The notes under the pieces are model-generated. The model saw only the letters and a program-made list of their open reading frames with translations. It made no database searches and was not told where the DNA came from. Positions 30,002 through 39,939 of a stretch of 64,000 nt of DNA are shown in pieces. Location: assembly GCA_037917685.1 (NCBI GenBank), contig JAVCBU010000012.1, positions 371,509-435,508 on the forward strand, written 5' to 3'. Origin of the DNA: Thermoproteota archaeon. GTDB lineage: Archaea; Korarchaeota; Korarchaeia; Korarchaeales; JAOZGB01. The position numbers and the translations under genes are program-made. The stretch's first letter is position 1; the number at the start of each line of letters is the position of its first letter.

Positions 30002-31096
30002 ATGAAAAGAGATAAAATCATAGTTCTTTGTGTAGACAGAGATAATGACCTAGGTGAAAAAACAGGGATAGAAGGGCCTGTAATAGGTAGAGACGAGAAC
30101 CTAAAAGCGGCATATGAGCTTGCCATCGCAGATCCAGAAGAGGCTGATGCAAATGCTATATTTGGAGCTATAAGAGAATATGATCGCTTAAAAAGAGAAA
30201 ATCCTGACAAGGAGATAGAAATAGTAACGATTACCGGAGACTCTAAGAGCAATTATCGCGCTGATCAAAAAATTAGAGCACAGATAGAAAGCGTACTTGA
30301 GAGATTTAAGACGAACTATGCGATCCTTGTATCGGATGGTGTAGACGACGAGATTGTAATACCCCTCTTACATGAGTATTTTCCCTCCATATCTCCCCGT
30401 AGAATAATAGTTCAGCAAAGTAAGGATTTAGAGGAGACGTATTTCTTAATGAAGAGATATCTGAAAAAGCTATACAGCGATCCGACTCTTAGAACAATTA
30501 CAATTGGTTTACCAGGCCTAATAATGTTCTCTGCAGCGCTTCTAGCGATCTGGGGCTATCAGGGTTACATATGGAAAAGTGTTGCGGGTGTTTTAGGGGC
30601 TTTTATGATGATAAAGGGTTTTGGGGTAACGCCTACAGTTAACGAACTTAAAGGCTGGATCGGGGGAAAGCTTGGGATGTTTACATTTACAGTTGGGGCG
30701 ATACTTATCGTTATAGCGGCCGTTTACGTATATTTTAGAGCAATCGAACTTGCGGTAAGATATCCCTCTATCATTGCACTTACTAAAACCCTTCAAGAAG
30801 GCTTAATTCTTGCGGTTCTTGGAATAGTAATATCAGTGACAGGAGGAGTCTTAGAGAAGTACGCATCTAAGGATGCTGGGTTTATAGATAGAATCTTTAT
30901 GATATCTCTAACTATCATCTTATATTTCATAGTATACCAACTTCTAAGGTTCCTTCAAGGAGAAATCTCTATAATCTACCTCTCGTCTCTAGTAGTTCTA
31001 GGTGTTATGATTGCAGCGGGCAGTTTTGCAGCTGCTATGACAGGGAAAAAGAGGATGCTTGAAGAGATGCGTAAAAAGGTGGAAAGTAAACAATAA
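30002..31096 (+). CDS. DUF373 family membrane protein
   Basis: LCVDRDNDLG, DPEEADAN, VSDG.DDE, VQQS..LEETY. Confidence 0.88.
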   Translation: MKRDKIIVLCVDRDNDLGEKTGIEGPVIGRDENLKAAYELAIADPEEADANAIFGAIREYDRLKRENPDKEIEIVTITGDSKSNYRADQKIRAQIESVLERFKTNYAILVSDGVDDEIVIPLLHEYFPSISPRRIIVQQSKDLEETYFLMKRYLKKLYSDPTLRTITIGLPGLIMFSAALLAIWGYQGYIWKSVAGVLGAFMMIKGFGVTPTVNELKGWIGGKLGMFTFTVGAILIVIAAVYVYFRAIELAVRYPSIIALTKTLQEGLILAVLGIVISVTGGVLEKYASKDAGFIDRIFMISLTIILYFIVYQLLRFLQGEISIIYLSSLVVLGVMIAAGSFAAAMTGKKRMLEEMRKKVESKQ

Positions 31097-31105
31097 AGGT
31101 ATATA

Positions 31106-31594
31106 TTACTCCACACCAGAATTACTCTGACTATGCAACATTATAACCTTATCTGCAGCATTTCTTAAGGCTACACTAAAACCCGGCTCAGCACCAATAA
31201 CGTAAACTTCCTTCCCAAAATGTTTGGCCTTATATATTAGGGGGAGAAAACTGGCGCTCCTTGTAACAAGTGACATAATGTCTATCTCGGAGTCATAAAT
31301 TATGTCCATAGATTCTATTGTAAATTCGACCTCTACCTTCCCCTGGCTTATAATAGCCTCAAAACCAGCGTTGTTTACAGCTTCGACAAGCTTGGATGGA
31401 GCATGCTTGTCAAGAATGACTTTTGCATATCTTATTCTTCCGTAAGCGGATAGTTTCTGTTTAATCTCTAATAGGTCGACGGAGATTTCCTTTCTCAGGA
31501 TATTTGGCCCATCAACAATGACTCCTATATGTTTCTGTTTTCTTTTCCTCAAGGATCCTATAACCCTTACCAAATCTCTCATAGTACTTGCCAT
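31106..31594 (-). CDS. NYN-domain protein (TIGR00288/LabA-DUF88-like)
   Basis: VDGPNILRKE, GAEPGFS.AL..AAD; several usual Asp positions look substituted (KVEVE, RSASF). Confidence 0.85.
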   Translation of the reverse strand: MASTMRDLVRVIGSLRKRKQKHIGVIVDGPNILRKEISVDLLEIKQKLSAYGRIRYAKVILDKHAPSKLVEAVNNAGFEAIISQGKVEVEFTIESMDIIYDSEIDIMSLVTRSASFLPLIYKAKHFGKEVYVIGAEPGFSVALRNAADKVIMLHSQSNSGVE

Positions 31595-31598
31595 ATAA

Positions 31599-32942
31599 TC
31601 ACCTGCCAGGTGACGTAAACCTTACGTTTCTAACCAGAATTGGGGGTGTAATGACAGGTATCCCTTGTTCGAGCCACCAGTGATATACCTGTCTCTTTTC
31701 CCTTCCAATCTCAGCCATGTTTCCAAGAATATTAAGGAAGTTATCGCTTAGCCTCAGATTCCTTACGGAAAACTTTATGTTTCCATTTTCTACGTAGAAA
31801 ACACCATCTCTAATTATGGATGAGAACTCTCCTGTCTGATAATTTTGAAACCTTGTATAAGTAGCATTCATAACAACAAGGCCTTTGTTTACTAGCGACA
31901 GCAGCTCTTCTAAAGAGCTGTCTCCAGCTTTCATTTCTATCTGCCATGCAGAAGGCGATATCCAGCCAGCATTCGCTGTAGTCTCTGTGTTAAATTCTCT
32001 TGCGGTCAACCTGTTATGCAGGAATGTTTTTAGACATCCTTCCTGGACTATGAAAGTCATCCTAGTAGGTACGCCTTCATCGTCAAATTCTCTCGAACCG
32101 AAACCTCCCGGATACAGAGGGTTGTCTATTATCGTCACCTTCTCTGAAGCTATTCTCTGCCCAAGTTTATTTTTAAAGAATGAGAATCCTGCGGAAACAT
32201 TGAATGCTGATGCTGCCATTGCCACGTTATTAAGAATGTTAGCGATAGCTGCATGGCAAAATATAGCGTCGTACACGCCAGGTTCTATTTTACCCTTTTT
32301 TAATGACATCTTCGCTGTTTCACCTGATTCTCTTCCAGCTTCTTCTGGTTTAAAATTGCTAAGTACCCTTGAACATCTATCTCCATGTCCGGTGGCTTCA
32401 CCGTTTGCAAACGCTCTAACGTCCACATAGATAAAAGTTTCTTTGGTGTTGGCCTGTACGTTCTTGGAAGTTGATAGGCAAATCTCGTTTAACCCCCATC
32501 TGAGACTCCCGGCCACCCTTTTAGCACCGGAATCTAAGGCAGAAGAGACAGTAGAGTATACCATATCCACGGCCTTATCGCCGAGTTCAGTTAGGTTAGG
32601 GTCGTATAAACCTTCGATCTTCCTGTAGTTAAACGGTCCTTCCGGAAGTTGTACATAGTTTTTATGAATAGGCAGAAGTTTTATGTAGGAATGAAGTTTT
32701 TCGAGAGAACGCTTTGCAACCTTCACATCTTCAAATGTGGAAACTGCCATCCTGCCATCTTCAGCAACGAAAATATTAATTCTATGGGATATCCATTTCT
32801 TAGCTATATCAATGGAGTTATTAGAAAATCTAATCTGTGATTCCGTGGTCTTAATTATTTCTACAGCTGCTTCGTCGAACCCTATCTTTAACGCGTCTAC
32901 AACTAGATCATTAGCCTGGCTAACTATGTCTTCTTCACCCAT
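31599..32942 (-). CDS. TldE/PmbA family protein
   Basis: IRFSN, FDDEGVPT, TTANAG; no HExxxH. Confidence 0.88.
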   Translation of the reverse strand: MGEEDIVSQANDLVVDALKIGFDEAAVEIIKTTESQIRFSNNSIDIAKKWISHRINIFVAEDGRMAVSTFEDVKVAKRSLEKLHSYIKLLPIHKNYVQLPEGPFNYRKIEGLYDPNLTELGDKAVDMVYSTVSSALDSGAKRVAGSLRWGLNEICLSTSKNVQANTKETFIYVDVRAFANGEATGHGDRCSRVLSNFKPEEAGRESGETAKMSLKKGKIEPGVYDAIFCHAAIANILNNVAMAASAFNVSAGFSFFKNKLGQRIASEKVTIIDNPLYPGGFGSREFDDEGVPTRMTFIVQEGCLKTFLHNRLTAREFNTETTANAGWISPSAWQIEMKAGDSSLEELLSLVNKGLVVMNATYTRFQNYQTGEFSSIIRDGVFYVENGNIKFSVRNLRLSDNFLNILGNMAEIGREKRQVYHWWLEQGIPVITPPILVRNVRFTSPGR

Positions 32943-34359
32943 TTATATACACCCCTTTGAGAAGGATGTCAGGTCCCCCGGTCCATACGGGCACCCCTTG
33001 GGCAGGATCGCTTTTGCCACATGTAGCTGCTTTAAAGATAAGGTTTTTCCCAACTCCAGCTATGCACTTATGGAATGATGGAGTGGTTATTTCCAGTATA
33101 GGTTTCAATACCGGTTTCTCTAGCCGTCCGGATTTTATCAAATAAGCCTCAGAACCTACAAATCTCATGTTGTATCTCCTATCATCTATGTTCCACTCCA
33201 TAAATTTCTTCATGTAGATTCCATGGGAAACCTGTTCGATCAGTTCCTCAAGGCTCATGTCGCCAGGTGCCATGTACGTATTTGCCATTCTTATTATGGG
33301 TTCTCTATTATAGTTTGATGCTCTAGCAGATGCGTTGCTTTTAATACCGAAGGTTGCAGCCGTTTCCCTATTATGAAGGAATTCATTTATCACCCCATTC
33401 TTTATAAGATACCTTGGCCTAGCCTTTACCCCTTCGTCATCATATAGGTAGTAGCCGTATGAACCATTTATAGTAGGATCATCAATTACTGTATCCATTT
33501 CAGATCCTATTCTAGAGCCTAGCATTTCTCTAGATATGAAGGATTCTCCTGCCTGAGCAGCCTCTCTGCCGAGTATCCTGTCCGCCTCATACGGGTGACC
33601 TACAGACTCATGAACAGCGAGACCTACGACGTCCCCCCCGAGAACTACATCCATTACACCAGTCGGTGATTTTTCGCCTTCGAGAAGACTTCTAGATAGA
33701 GAGGCTACCATGTTATTTGCCAATGCTAGGGGGTCCTCCTTTTCGATAAGCTCCCACCCACCTGACCCCCCTATCTGCTCCATGTCTTGGAGTATTTTTC
33801 CGTTATGGAGGGCGGTGAATGCCATGAAGATTAGGATTCTAGGTATTTGCGAAGATACTTTGCTTCCTTCACTGGTTAAAATATGTTTACTCTGCATATC
33901 AGTATTTAAGAATATATATCTACTTGATATCTTCACTTTAGAGTTGCTTGCTATTTTATCGATGTCCAATAGTAACGATAACATGTCAGAAATATCAATA
34001 TTTACGAGCGGCTTAGCCTCGTTCACGGCATATTTAGCTTCGTGGATATCTTCTTCGCTAAGTTTAACATGGCTACCTGTTTTAAAACTTATATTTTTAG
34101 CCATTGAAATGGCTTTTCCCATCTCGCTTCTGAGCGTGTTTTTATCGTAGCGATTTAGCGAGAAAAAAGACATACCACCTGAAGCAAGCACCCTAACTCC
34201 TACGCCCTCTGTCTCTGTAGTAAGCAAGCTCTCAACATTACCATTTTTTATGACTAGACTTCGGCTTATATGGTGTTCTAATCGGACCTCAACATAGTCG
34301 GCACCCGAATTAACGCCTTCCTCAACGATGTACTCAGCAATGTCTATGTCAAATTCCAT
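32935..34359 (-). CDS. tldD: TldD metalloprotease
   Basis: HESVGHPYEADR, YDDEGV, PIIRMANT, TCGK. Confidence 0.9.
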   Translation of the reverse strand: MEFDIDIAEYIVEEGVNSGADYVEVRLEHHISRSLVIKNGNVESLLTTETEGVGVRVLASGGMSFFSLNRYDKNTLRSEMGKAISMAKNISFKTGSHVKLSEEDIHEAKYAVNEAKPLVNIDISDMLSLLLDIDKIASNSKVKISSRYIFLNTDMQSKHILTSEGSKVSSQIPRILIFMAFTALHNGKILQDMEQIGGSGGWELIEKEDPLALANNMVASLSRSLLEGEKSPTGVMDVVLGGDVVGLAVHESVGHPYEADRILGREAAQAGESFISREMLGSRIGSEMDTVIDDPTINGSYGYYLYDDEGVKARPRYLIKNGVINEFLHNRETAATFGIKSNASARASNYNREPIIRMANTYMAPGDMSLEELIEQVSHGIYMKKFMEWNIDDRRYNMRFVGSEAYLIKSGRLEKPVLKPILEITTPSFHKCIAGVGKNLIFKAATCGKSDPAQGVPVWTGGPDILLKGVYING

Positions 34360-34434
34360 CAGGCTGAAATAGTATAGCAGAATTTAAAACTATATGCTAT
34401 AACGCCTTCGACAAAAAGTTAAAAGTTTACGGTT

Positions 34435-34905
34435 GTGTCTACCCATGTGAAGTTTCTATTCGACTCAATGCTATCCAAGGCAGGAAGAATGTTTAGAATC
34501 ATGGGCTATAACGTAAAGATTGCCAAAAGTAGCTCTAAAGATGAAGAAATATTACAAGATGCTAAAATGGAAAATAGGATTCTAGTTACAAGGGATAAAT
34601 CGCTCTATAGAAAAGCTGTACTGCAGGGCTTAAACGCTATATTTACCCCACATTCTGATCAGCATTCTATACTGCAAGATATAGCTCGCATGTCAGGAGT
34701 TAAATTAAGAATTGACTTAACAAAAACGAGGTGCGCAAGGTGTAACCAGCGTTTAAAGGTGAAACTTGTAGAGGAAATACCAGCAGATGCCAGGATGCTA
34801 GTCCCTGAAAACTATTGGACTGTCTTTTACTGTTGTAGATGCAAGCGCCCCTACTGGCTTGGAAGCCACTATTCAACATTAATTAAGATACTTGAAGTAA
34901 CCTAA
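34435..34905 (+). CDS. Mut7-C RNase (PIN + Zn ribbon) protein
   Basis: FLFDSML, RILVTRD, RC..CN, C..C...YW.GSH. Confidence 0.88.
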   Translation: MSTHVKFLFDSMLSKAGRMFRIMGYNVKIAKSSSKDEEILQDAKMENRILVTRDKSLYRKAVLQGLNAIFTPHSDQHSILQDIARMSGVKLRIDLTKTRCARCNQRLKVKLVEEIPADARMLVPENYWTVFYCCRCKRPYWLGSHYSTLIKILEVT

Positions 34906-35696
34906 AGAAATGTTAACAAGTGACCTTTCTGGATTACACCTATAGGCTTAACATCTGAAACAACTGGGAGGCCTGGAAGTTTGTTTTGCAACATTATATT
35001 AACGGCCTCCCCAACGCTTGTTGTTTGCTCAACAAAAGGCGGATTCTGAATCATTATATCCTCCGCTATTAAAGACCGCACTCTTACATCCATTTTGTAA
35101 GGATCTTCAATGGTACTCCTTATACCATAAAAAGCCTTAGCGAGATCCCTTTCAGTAACCAAGCCAACAAGCCTGTCTTCCTCACTAACAGGTACAAGTT
35201 TAAGATTATAATTGTGAAGAAGTCTCTTTATATGGACTATCCTGGTAAAAGGTGTAATTGTGAAATCTATCTTCTGGAAAACAGTTGAGATCGACACTCT
35301 TTCTTCGTTTTTAAGCAGCTTAATAAGATCTGTCTTTGTAATTATCCCTACAAGCCTTTTTTGACCGACTACTGGAATGCCTGAGATATTCTTCTCTAGC
35401 ATTATGGTAACTGCCTCTTTGATATCCGTGTCGGGGCTCATCGTGATTAAATTTTCACTCATAACTGTTGAGATTCTAATCTTCGATGGTGGGAGATTCT
35501 TAAGCCTTGAAGAACCGAGCCTGTCCATTATGTCTCGAATAGTTACTATACCCACGGGAATGTTATCTTCTACAATTATAAGCCTCGAGATACCCTTTTT
35601 AAACATGATTCTAAGAGCTTCGTCGACATTTGATTTTTTCTGGATTGTGTACACTTTTCTAGACATAACCTCTGAAACATTCATTTCAGAATACAC
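34902..35696 (-). CDS. CBS domain protein (4 CBS)
   Basis: Repeated V...M...V, PV...LVGI.T..D motifs. Confidence 0.9.
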   Translation of the reverse strand: MYSEMNVSEVMSRKVYTIQKKSNVDEALRIMFKKGISRLIIVEDNIPVGIVTIRDIMDRLGSSRLKNLPPSKIRISTVMSENLITMSPDTDIKEAVTIMLEKNISGIPVVGQKRLVGIITKTDLIKLLKNEERVSISTVFQKIDFTITPFTRIVHIKRLLHNYNLKLVPVSEEDRLVGLVTERDLAKAFYGIRSTIEDPYKMDVRVRSLIAEDIMIQNPPFVEQTTSVGEAVNIMLQNKLPGLPVVSDVKPIGVIQKGHLLTFL

Positions 35697-36502
35697 CTAA
35701 CAATATCTTTTCGAGACACTCCCCCCTCGAGAACATCATGACTTACAACAGGGACGACAACTTTTCCGGGTTGAATAAGTATCTCAGCGGCTTTTACAGC
35801 GTCGCTATCAGGCGATACTCTAGGGTAATCTTTATCCATAATATCTTCTGCTGTTAGTATAGGTAGATATCTATATTCTCTCCCCTCTCTAGCATAAATA
35901 CTAATTATCTGCTCTGTTTTTTCAGGATTTATAGAAACGTAGGTTAACGTCTCAGTTGATATAATACCAATGAGTTTTTCAGATGGGTCGATGACAGCCA
36001 CCCAATCAGATCTCTTTTTATTCATCAGTTTTACCACGTGTGCTACTGTGTGGGCAGGTTTAACGCATATGAACTCTTTATTCATTATGTCTTTAGCCTT
36101 ATACACGCCTTTATACTGCTCTTGGAAGTATGTACATATCCCAACACGGGTAACAAGCCCGATAACCTTATCACCCTCCAAGAGTGGGATGGAACCTATG
36201 TCTTCTGCGGCCATCAACCGTGCTGCCTCTGTTATTTGGGCGTCTGAAGATAGGGTTTTAAGGTTTCGGGACATTATTCTACCTACAAGTATTTCGTCTA
36301 TGGGACGCCGTCTCCAAGTCGGAGAAGAGGAAAATAGCCTCCTTGATACGTCTTTCAGGGTAAGAATTCCTACAAGTTTACCTTTATCCTCCACTAAGAG
36401 ACTATCCACCTTTCTCTCAATCATGATATTCCTAGCTCGTGCCAGAGTATCGTTAACATTTATAAACAGAGGTTCCTCCATATAATCTTTGCAGATAACC
36501 AT
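35681..36502 (-). CDS. CBS domain protein (4 CBS)
   Basis: CBS repeats; WRRRPID linker. Confidence 0.9.
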   Translation of the reverse strand: MVICKDYMEEPLFINVNDTLARARNIMIERKVDSLLVEDKGKLVGILTLKDVSRRLFSSSPTWRRRPIDEILVGRIMSRNLKTLSSDAQITEAARLMAAEDIGSIPLLEGDKVIGLVTRVGICTYFQEQYKGVYKAKDIMNKEFICVKPAHTVAHVVKLMNKKRSDWVAVIDPSEKLIGIISTETLTYVSINPEKTEQIISIYAREGREYRYLPILTAEDIMDKDYPRVSPDSDAVKAAEILIQPGKVVVPVVSHDVLEGGVSRKDIVRCILK

Positions 36503-37434
36503 TATAGTACACCTACAATAGCTTTAAGTATATCCTTCTCCGTTAGAATTCCGATAAGAGTCTCTCCTTTAACAACAGGCAAGCCCCCAATTCCATGGTC
36601 AACCATTAAATCCACGGCATGCTCCACAGTATCTTCGGGTAGTACTGAAATTACATTTTTAGCCATTATGGTTGCAACAGGTAAAGTTAGAAATTCTTCT
36701 AACTTTCCCATTTGTAGAGCATTAAAAATCTTACCTGTCGAGATGAACGATATAACATCCCCAGCAGTAGCCATCCCTATAATTTTACCTTGAGACAGTA
36801 CTGGCAATCTTCTATATCCTGTAGTGATCATCATTTTACATGCTTCAGCTACGGAGTCGTCAATATTGCAAGTTACTGGGTCAGCAGACATGTAATCTTT
36901 CACTTTTAATCTAAGGTGTTCGCCGTGTAGTTTAACTACGAAGTCTCTCTCAGAGACTATTCCTTTAAGAACGCCTTCCTCATCCACAATTAGCAATGAG
37001 CCCACATTTTTGGAGATCATTTCATAGGCGGCATCTCTAATGCTTGTATTAGGCGGGATCGTTTTCAATCTTTCCAGGGGGGTCATTATATTTTCTACTG
37101 GTGCATTTAACGCCTTTATAATGTCTCCCCGATATCTTTCTGTGATTAATGATGATTTATAACCGCCTATTAGGCTCACTATATCGGTTGCGGATACTAT
37201 TCCCTTCAGAAACATTCTTGATGGAACAACAACTGGAAGTCTTCGAAGACCAGTAGAAGCCATCTTCTTAATAACAGTGATAATTGGACAAGTTGAAGAT
37301 ACTGTTTCAACCTCTAAAGTTGCTATTGAAAATATGTTGCCCTCTTTACCCTTGGATCTACGTTTTGCTTCTCCCCGATAGTAGTTCCAGGATCTTGAAT
37401 CTCTAATAACATGGGACATAGTATTACACACCAA
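36502..37434 (-). CDS. CBS domain protein (4 CBS)
   Basis: RRLPV, GIVSERD, GILTEKD. Confidence 0.9.
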   Translation of the reverse strand: MVCNTMSHVIRDSRSWNYYRGEAKRRSKGKEGNIFSIATLEVETVSSTCPIITVIKKMASTGLRRLPVVVPSRMFLKGIVSATDIVSLIGGYKSSLITERYRGDIIKALNAPVENIMTPLERLKTIPPNTSIRDAAYEMISKNVGSLLIVDEEGVLKGIVSERDFVVKLHGEHLRLKVKDYMSADPVTCNIDDSVAEACKMMITTGYRRLPVLSQGKIIGMATAGDVISFISTGKIFNALQMGKLEEFLTLPVATIMAKNVISVLPEDTVEHAVDLMVDHGIGGLPVVKGETLIGILTEKDILKAIVGVL

Positions 37435-37437
37435 ACG

Positions 37438-37980
37438 CTATGTTTCCCGACAGCTGGGACAAACTAGAAGCCCTCCGGCTTCTATGAGATTGTCTGAGTA
37501 CTCCCCACAAACTTCACATATTCCACTGTATCTTCTTCGTCTAAGCCTCTCCCTCCCACGCATTATGTTAAGTTCTTCGTAGAGGATACCTATAATATCA
37601 GGATATACCTGCAACAAGTCTTTAGATGTGATTATACCAACAATCTTTTCACCTGAAACAACAATGAGCCTTCTGATTCCGTATTGCCTCATTTTTTCAG
37701 CTGCGTCAGTGAGGCTGTCATTAGGCGATATAGTAACAAGATCCCTCGTCATTATTTTACTGATCGGCATTATTCTGGGATCACTAGACTCGGATGCAAG
37801 AGCACGACAAACAAGATCTCTCTCCGTAACTATCCCCACAGGCTTACTACCAGACACTATCACTATCGAACCAATGTTATTCTCCTTCATAAGCCTAGCA
37901 ACTTTTTCAACACTGTCATTTGGTGATGCCGAGACTACCTCTGTCCGCATTACATCCCTTACCCTTAGTTCCTCCCCCAT
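37438..37980 (-). CDS. CBS pair plus C-terminal Zn ribbon
   Basis: GIVTERD; GICEVCG...VCPSC. Confidence 0.9.
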   Translation of the reverse strand: MGEELRVRDVMRTEVVSASPNDSVEKVARLMKENNIGSIVIVSGSKPVGIVTERDLVCRALASESSDPRIMPISKIMTRDLVTISPNDSLTDAAEKMRQYGIRRLIVVSGEKIVGIITSKDLLQVYPDIIGILYEELNIMRGRERLRRRRYSGICEVCGEYSDNLIEAGGLLVCPSCRET

Positions 37981-39892
37981 CTCCGTGTACCTCTAAAATT
38001 TCGTAACCCCCAGGAGGGAGTATCCTCACTAGCTCATCTATCGATAGTAAGTTATTAAGTTTGACCCATGGAAACTTTGATAATGATGATAATTTATCAT
38101 TCAAAGTTTGAAGTATAATTTTAGCCGCCTGATCTTTGGGTATGTCGCCTGGTCGGACGACTATACATAATGGAGAGAGTTTGAGTGCCGAAGGGGGAGC
38201 TGAGACGAGATAAACATCATCATTGTATTCTATAAACCCTATTGCAAGCTTCAGCTCTACAGTAACATAATTTCTTTTCCCTTCGATATAGAAGGAGCCT
38301 TTAGGGATGTAGTGGCCCGGTGGAGCTGATCTCTTAACTTGTTCACCTTTCACATAGTAAACTTTTTCGATAAAGGATTTCTCACGCCATGCTCTAGAAT
38401 TACAAGCCGCGTACGTCGCCGCTTCAACGATGGTTTTCTCACCTATTTTATTAGTTGATTTAACTATTACACAAGACCCTCCCGGTCCTTCTATGTGAAA
38501 GAACAGATCATCTTTCTTAAGATACTTATTTACAAGCTCTTTGTTGGTCTTGTTATCCCTACCGGCAACAACTAGACACCCATCAGATGATATAAACCAC
38601 CTAAACCTCGAAAACCAACGAGCCTTAGGCCTAACAAGCTTTCTCTCAACTTTCTTTACTGGTTCAATTTCTTGTTTAGAAAGTTTAGAGAGGGCTTTTA
38701 AAGCTGACTCTAACTTTCTCTCCATTTTACCCGAGAGCATGTAGTAATAAGCAGCATTCTCATCCACACTGCGGTTAAGATCTATATCAAAGGCTATGCC
38801 AGATAACTCTATCCTTGCCTTCCTCCTTCCTTTATCAAACTCGATAATTTTCACACCGGAGGCGTCTACCTTCTCGTTATTCCATAGTGATTCAATTACA
38901 GCTTCTACTGTTTTATAGTTAGAATATATCGTATCTCCGATTTTTCTACATTGCTCAGTAAGAGTTTTATATCTCTCTATATTTGTTTTAAGCTCCTCAA
39001 TAGATTTTCTAAGTCTCTCCCTTTCCTTATCAGTTGAAGACTTTGCCTTAACCTCGGTAGTTAATATATCGTCCAATATTGCTGAAATATTACTATAACG
39101 CTTACCCTCTAAGGTACTGTAAGCCTTAAGCGGGAAAGGTGAATAGTCAACTGCTTGTTTGGCACTGTCAAGGTACAAGACAGGTTCAGAGCTCTTCCTA
39201 GTTCGCTCGTAAAGCTCCTTAAGGGCTTTTACAATAGCTTCTACTTCACTTGTAGAAAGCTGCTGAATTTTAATCTTGGGATCAATATTTAACGGTTTTA
39301 CGATCTCATCGATGTAGGGTGGCCCGATACCGGCCTTATAAACTAAGAATCTCCAGACCTCGCCTTGGAAAGATATGGCAACATCCCGTATCTCCTCGAA
39401 AGATGAGTTCGGGGATAAGAGTGGATGTTCAGGGGGCTTATATATTTCTCCCCTCCTAATAGTTCTCTTAGAAGTCTGAAAACTTCTAAAATTTAGAATT
39501 ATCATGCCATTAGGGTCTATTAGAAGTATGTTGCCCCGGGCAAACAGTTCAACTATTACCGTCCATATCTCACCTGCCCTTAAAAGTTTGAAAAATATTA
39601 TTCTATCAAAGTCTAATTGCTCAACAGCTTTGATTATAGCGTTCTCCGTATATTTCCTCATGGCCATCGCAAACATAGAAGGTTTAGTAGGCTTCGACCA
39701 TTCCTTTTTACTAAGATATACAGCTTTTCCCGGAATAATTACCAAGTGGAATTTTCCAGCTCGACTTGAAATCTTAACAAGAAAAGTGTCCTCTGACACT
39801 TGGTAGGTTTTCCCCCACCTTGAGCCTTCAATCTCCTTAAACTCGCTAATAAGAAACCTAAGGTCTATACTAGTTAAACCCCTCATAGTCAT
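37916..39892 (-). CDS. rqcH: Ribosome quality control factor RqcH/NEMF (NFACT)
   Basis: DRI, VELF..GNILL, ENA..YY, WF..FRWF.SSDG..V.AGRD. Confidence 0.9.
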   Translation of the reverse strand: MTMRGLTSIDLRFLISEFKEIEGSRWGKTYQVSEDTFLVKISSRAGKFHLVIIPGKAVYLSKKEWSKPTKPSMFAMAMRKYTENAIIKAVEQLDFDRIIFFKLLRAGEIWTVIVELFARGNILLIDPNGMIILNFRSFQTSKRTIRRGEIYKPPEHPLLSPNSSFEEIRDVAISFQGEVWRFLVYKAGIGPPYIDEIVKPLNIDPKIKIQQLSTSEVEAIVKALKELYERTRKSSEPVLYLDSAKQAVDYSPFPLKAYSTLEGKRYSNISAILDDILTTEVKAKSSTDKERERLRKSIEELKTNIERYKTLTEQCRKIGDTIYSNYKTVEAVIESLWNNEKVDASGVKIIEFDKGRRKARIELSGIAFDIDLNRSVDENAAYYYMLSGKMERKLESALKALSKLSKQEIEPVKKVERKLVRPKARWFSRFRWFISSDGCLVVAGRDNKTNKELVNKYLKKDDLFFHIEGPGGSCVIVKSTNKIGEKTIVEAATYAACNSRAWREKSFIEKVYYVKGEQVKRSAPPGHYIPKGSFYIEGKRNYVTVELKLAIGFIEYNDDVYLVSAPPSALKLSPLCIVVRPGDIPKDQAAKIILQTLNDKLSSLSKFPWVKLNNLLSIDELVRILPPGGYEILEVHGDGGGTKGKGCNADRGSLGITK

Positions 39893-39939
39893 CCTATTCT
39901 ATGGAAACCAATATAAGATAATAAGGGTTCTATGGATCT

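Noticed and set aside
34902-37980. Four tandem CBS-domain genes as a novel system
   Set aside because: Such clusters are a familiar conserved arrangement in many archaea
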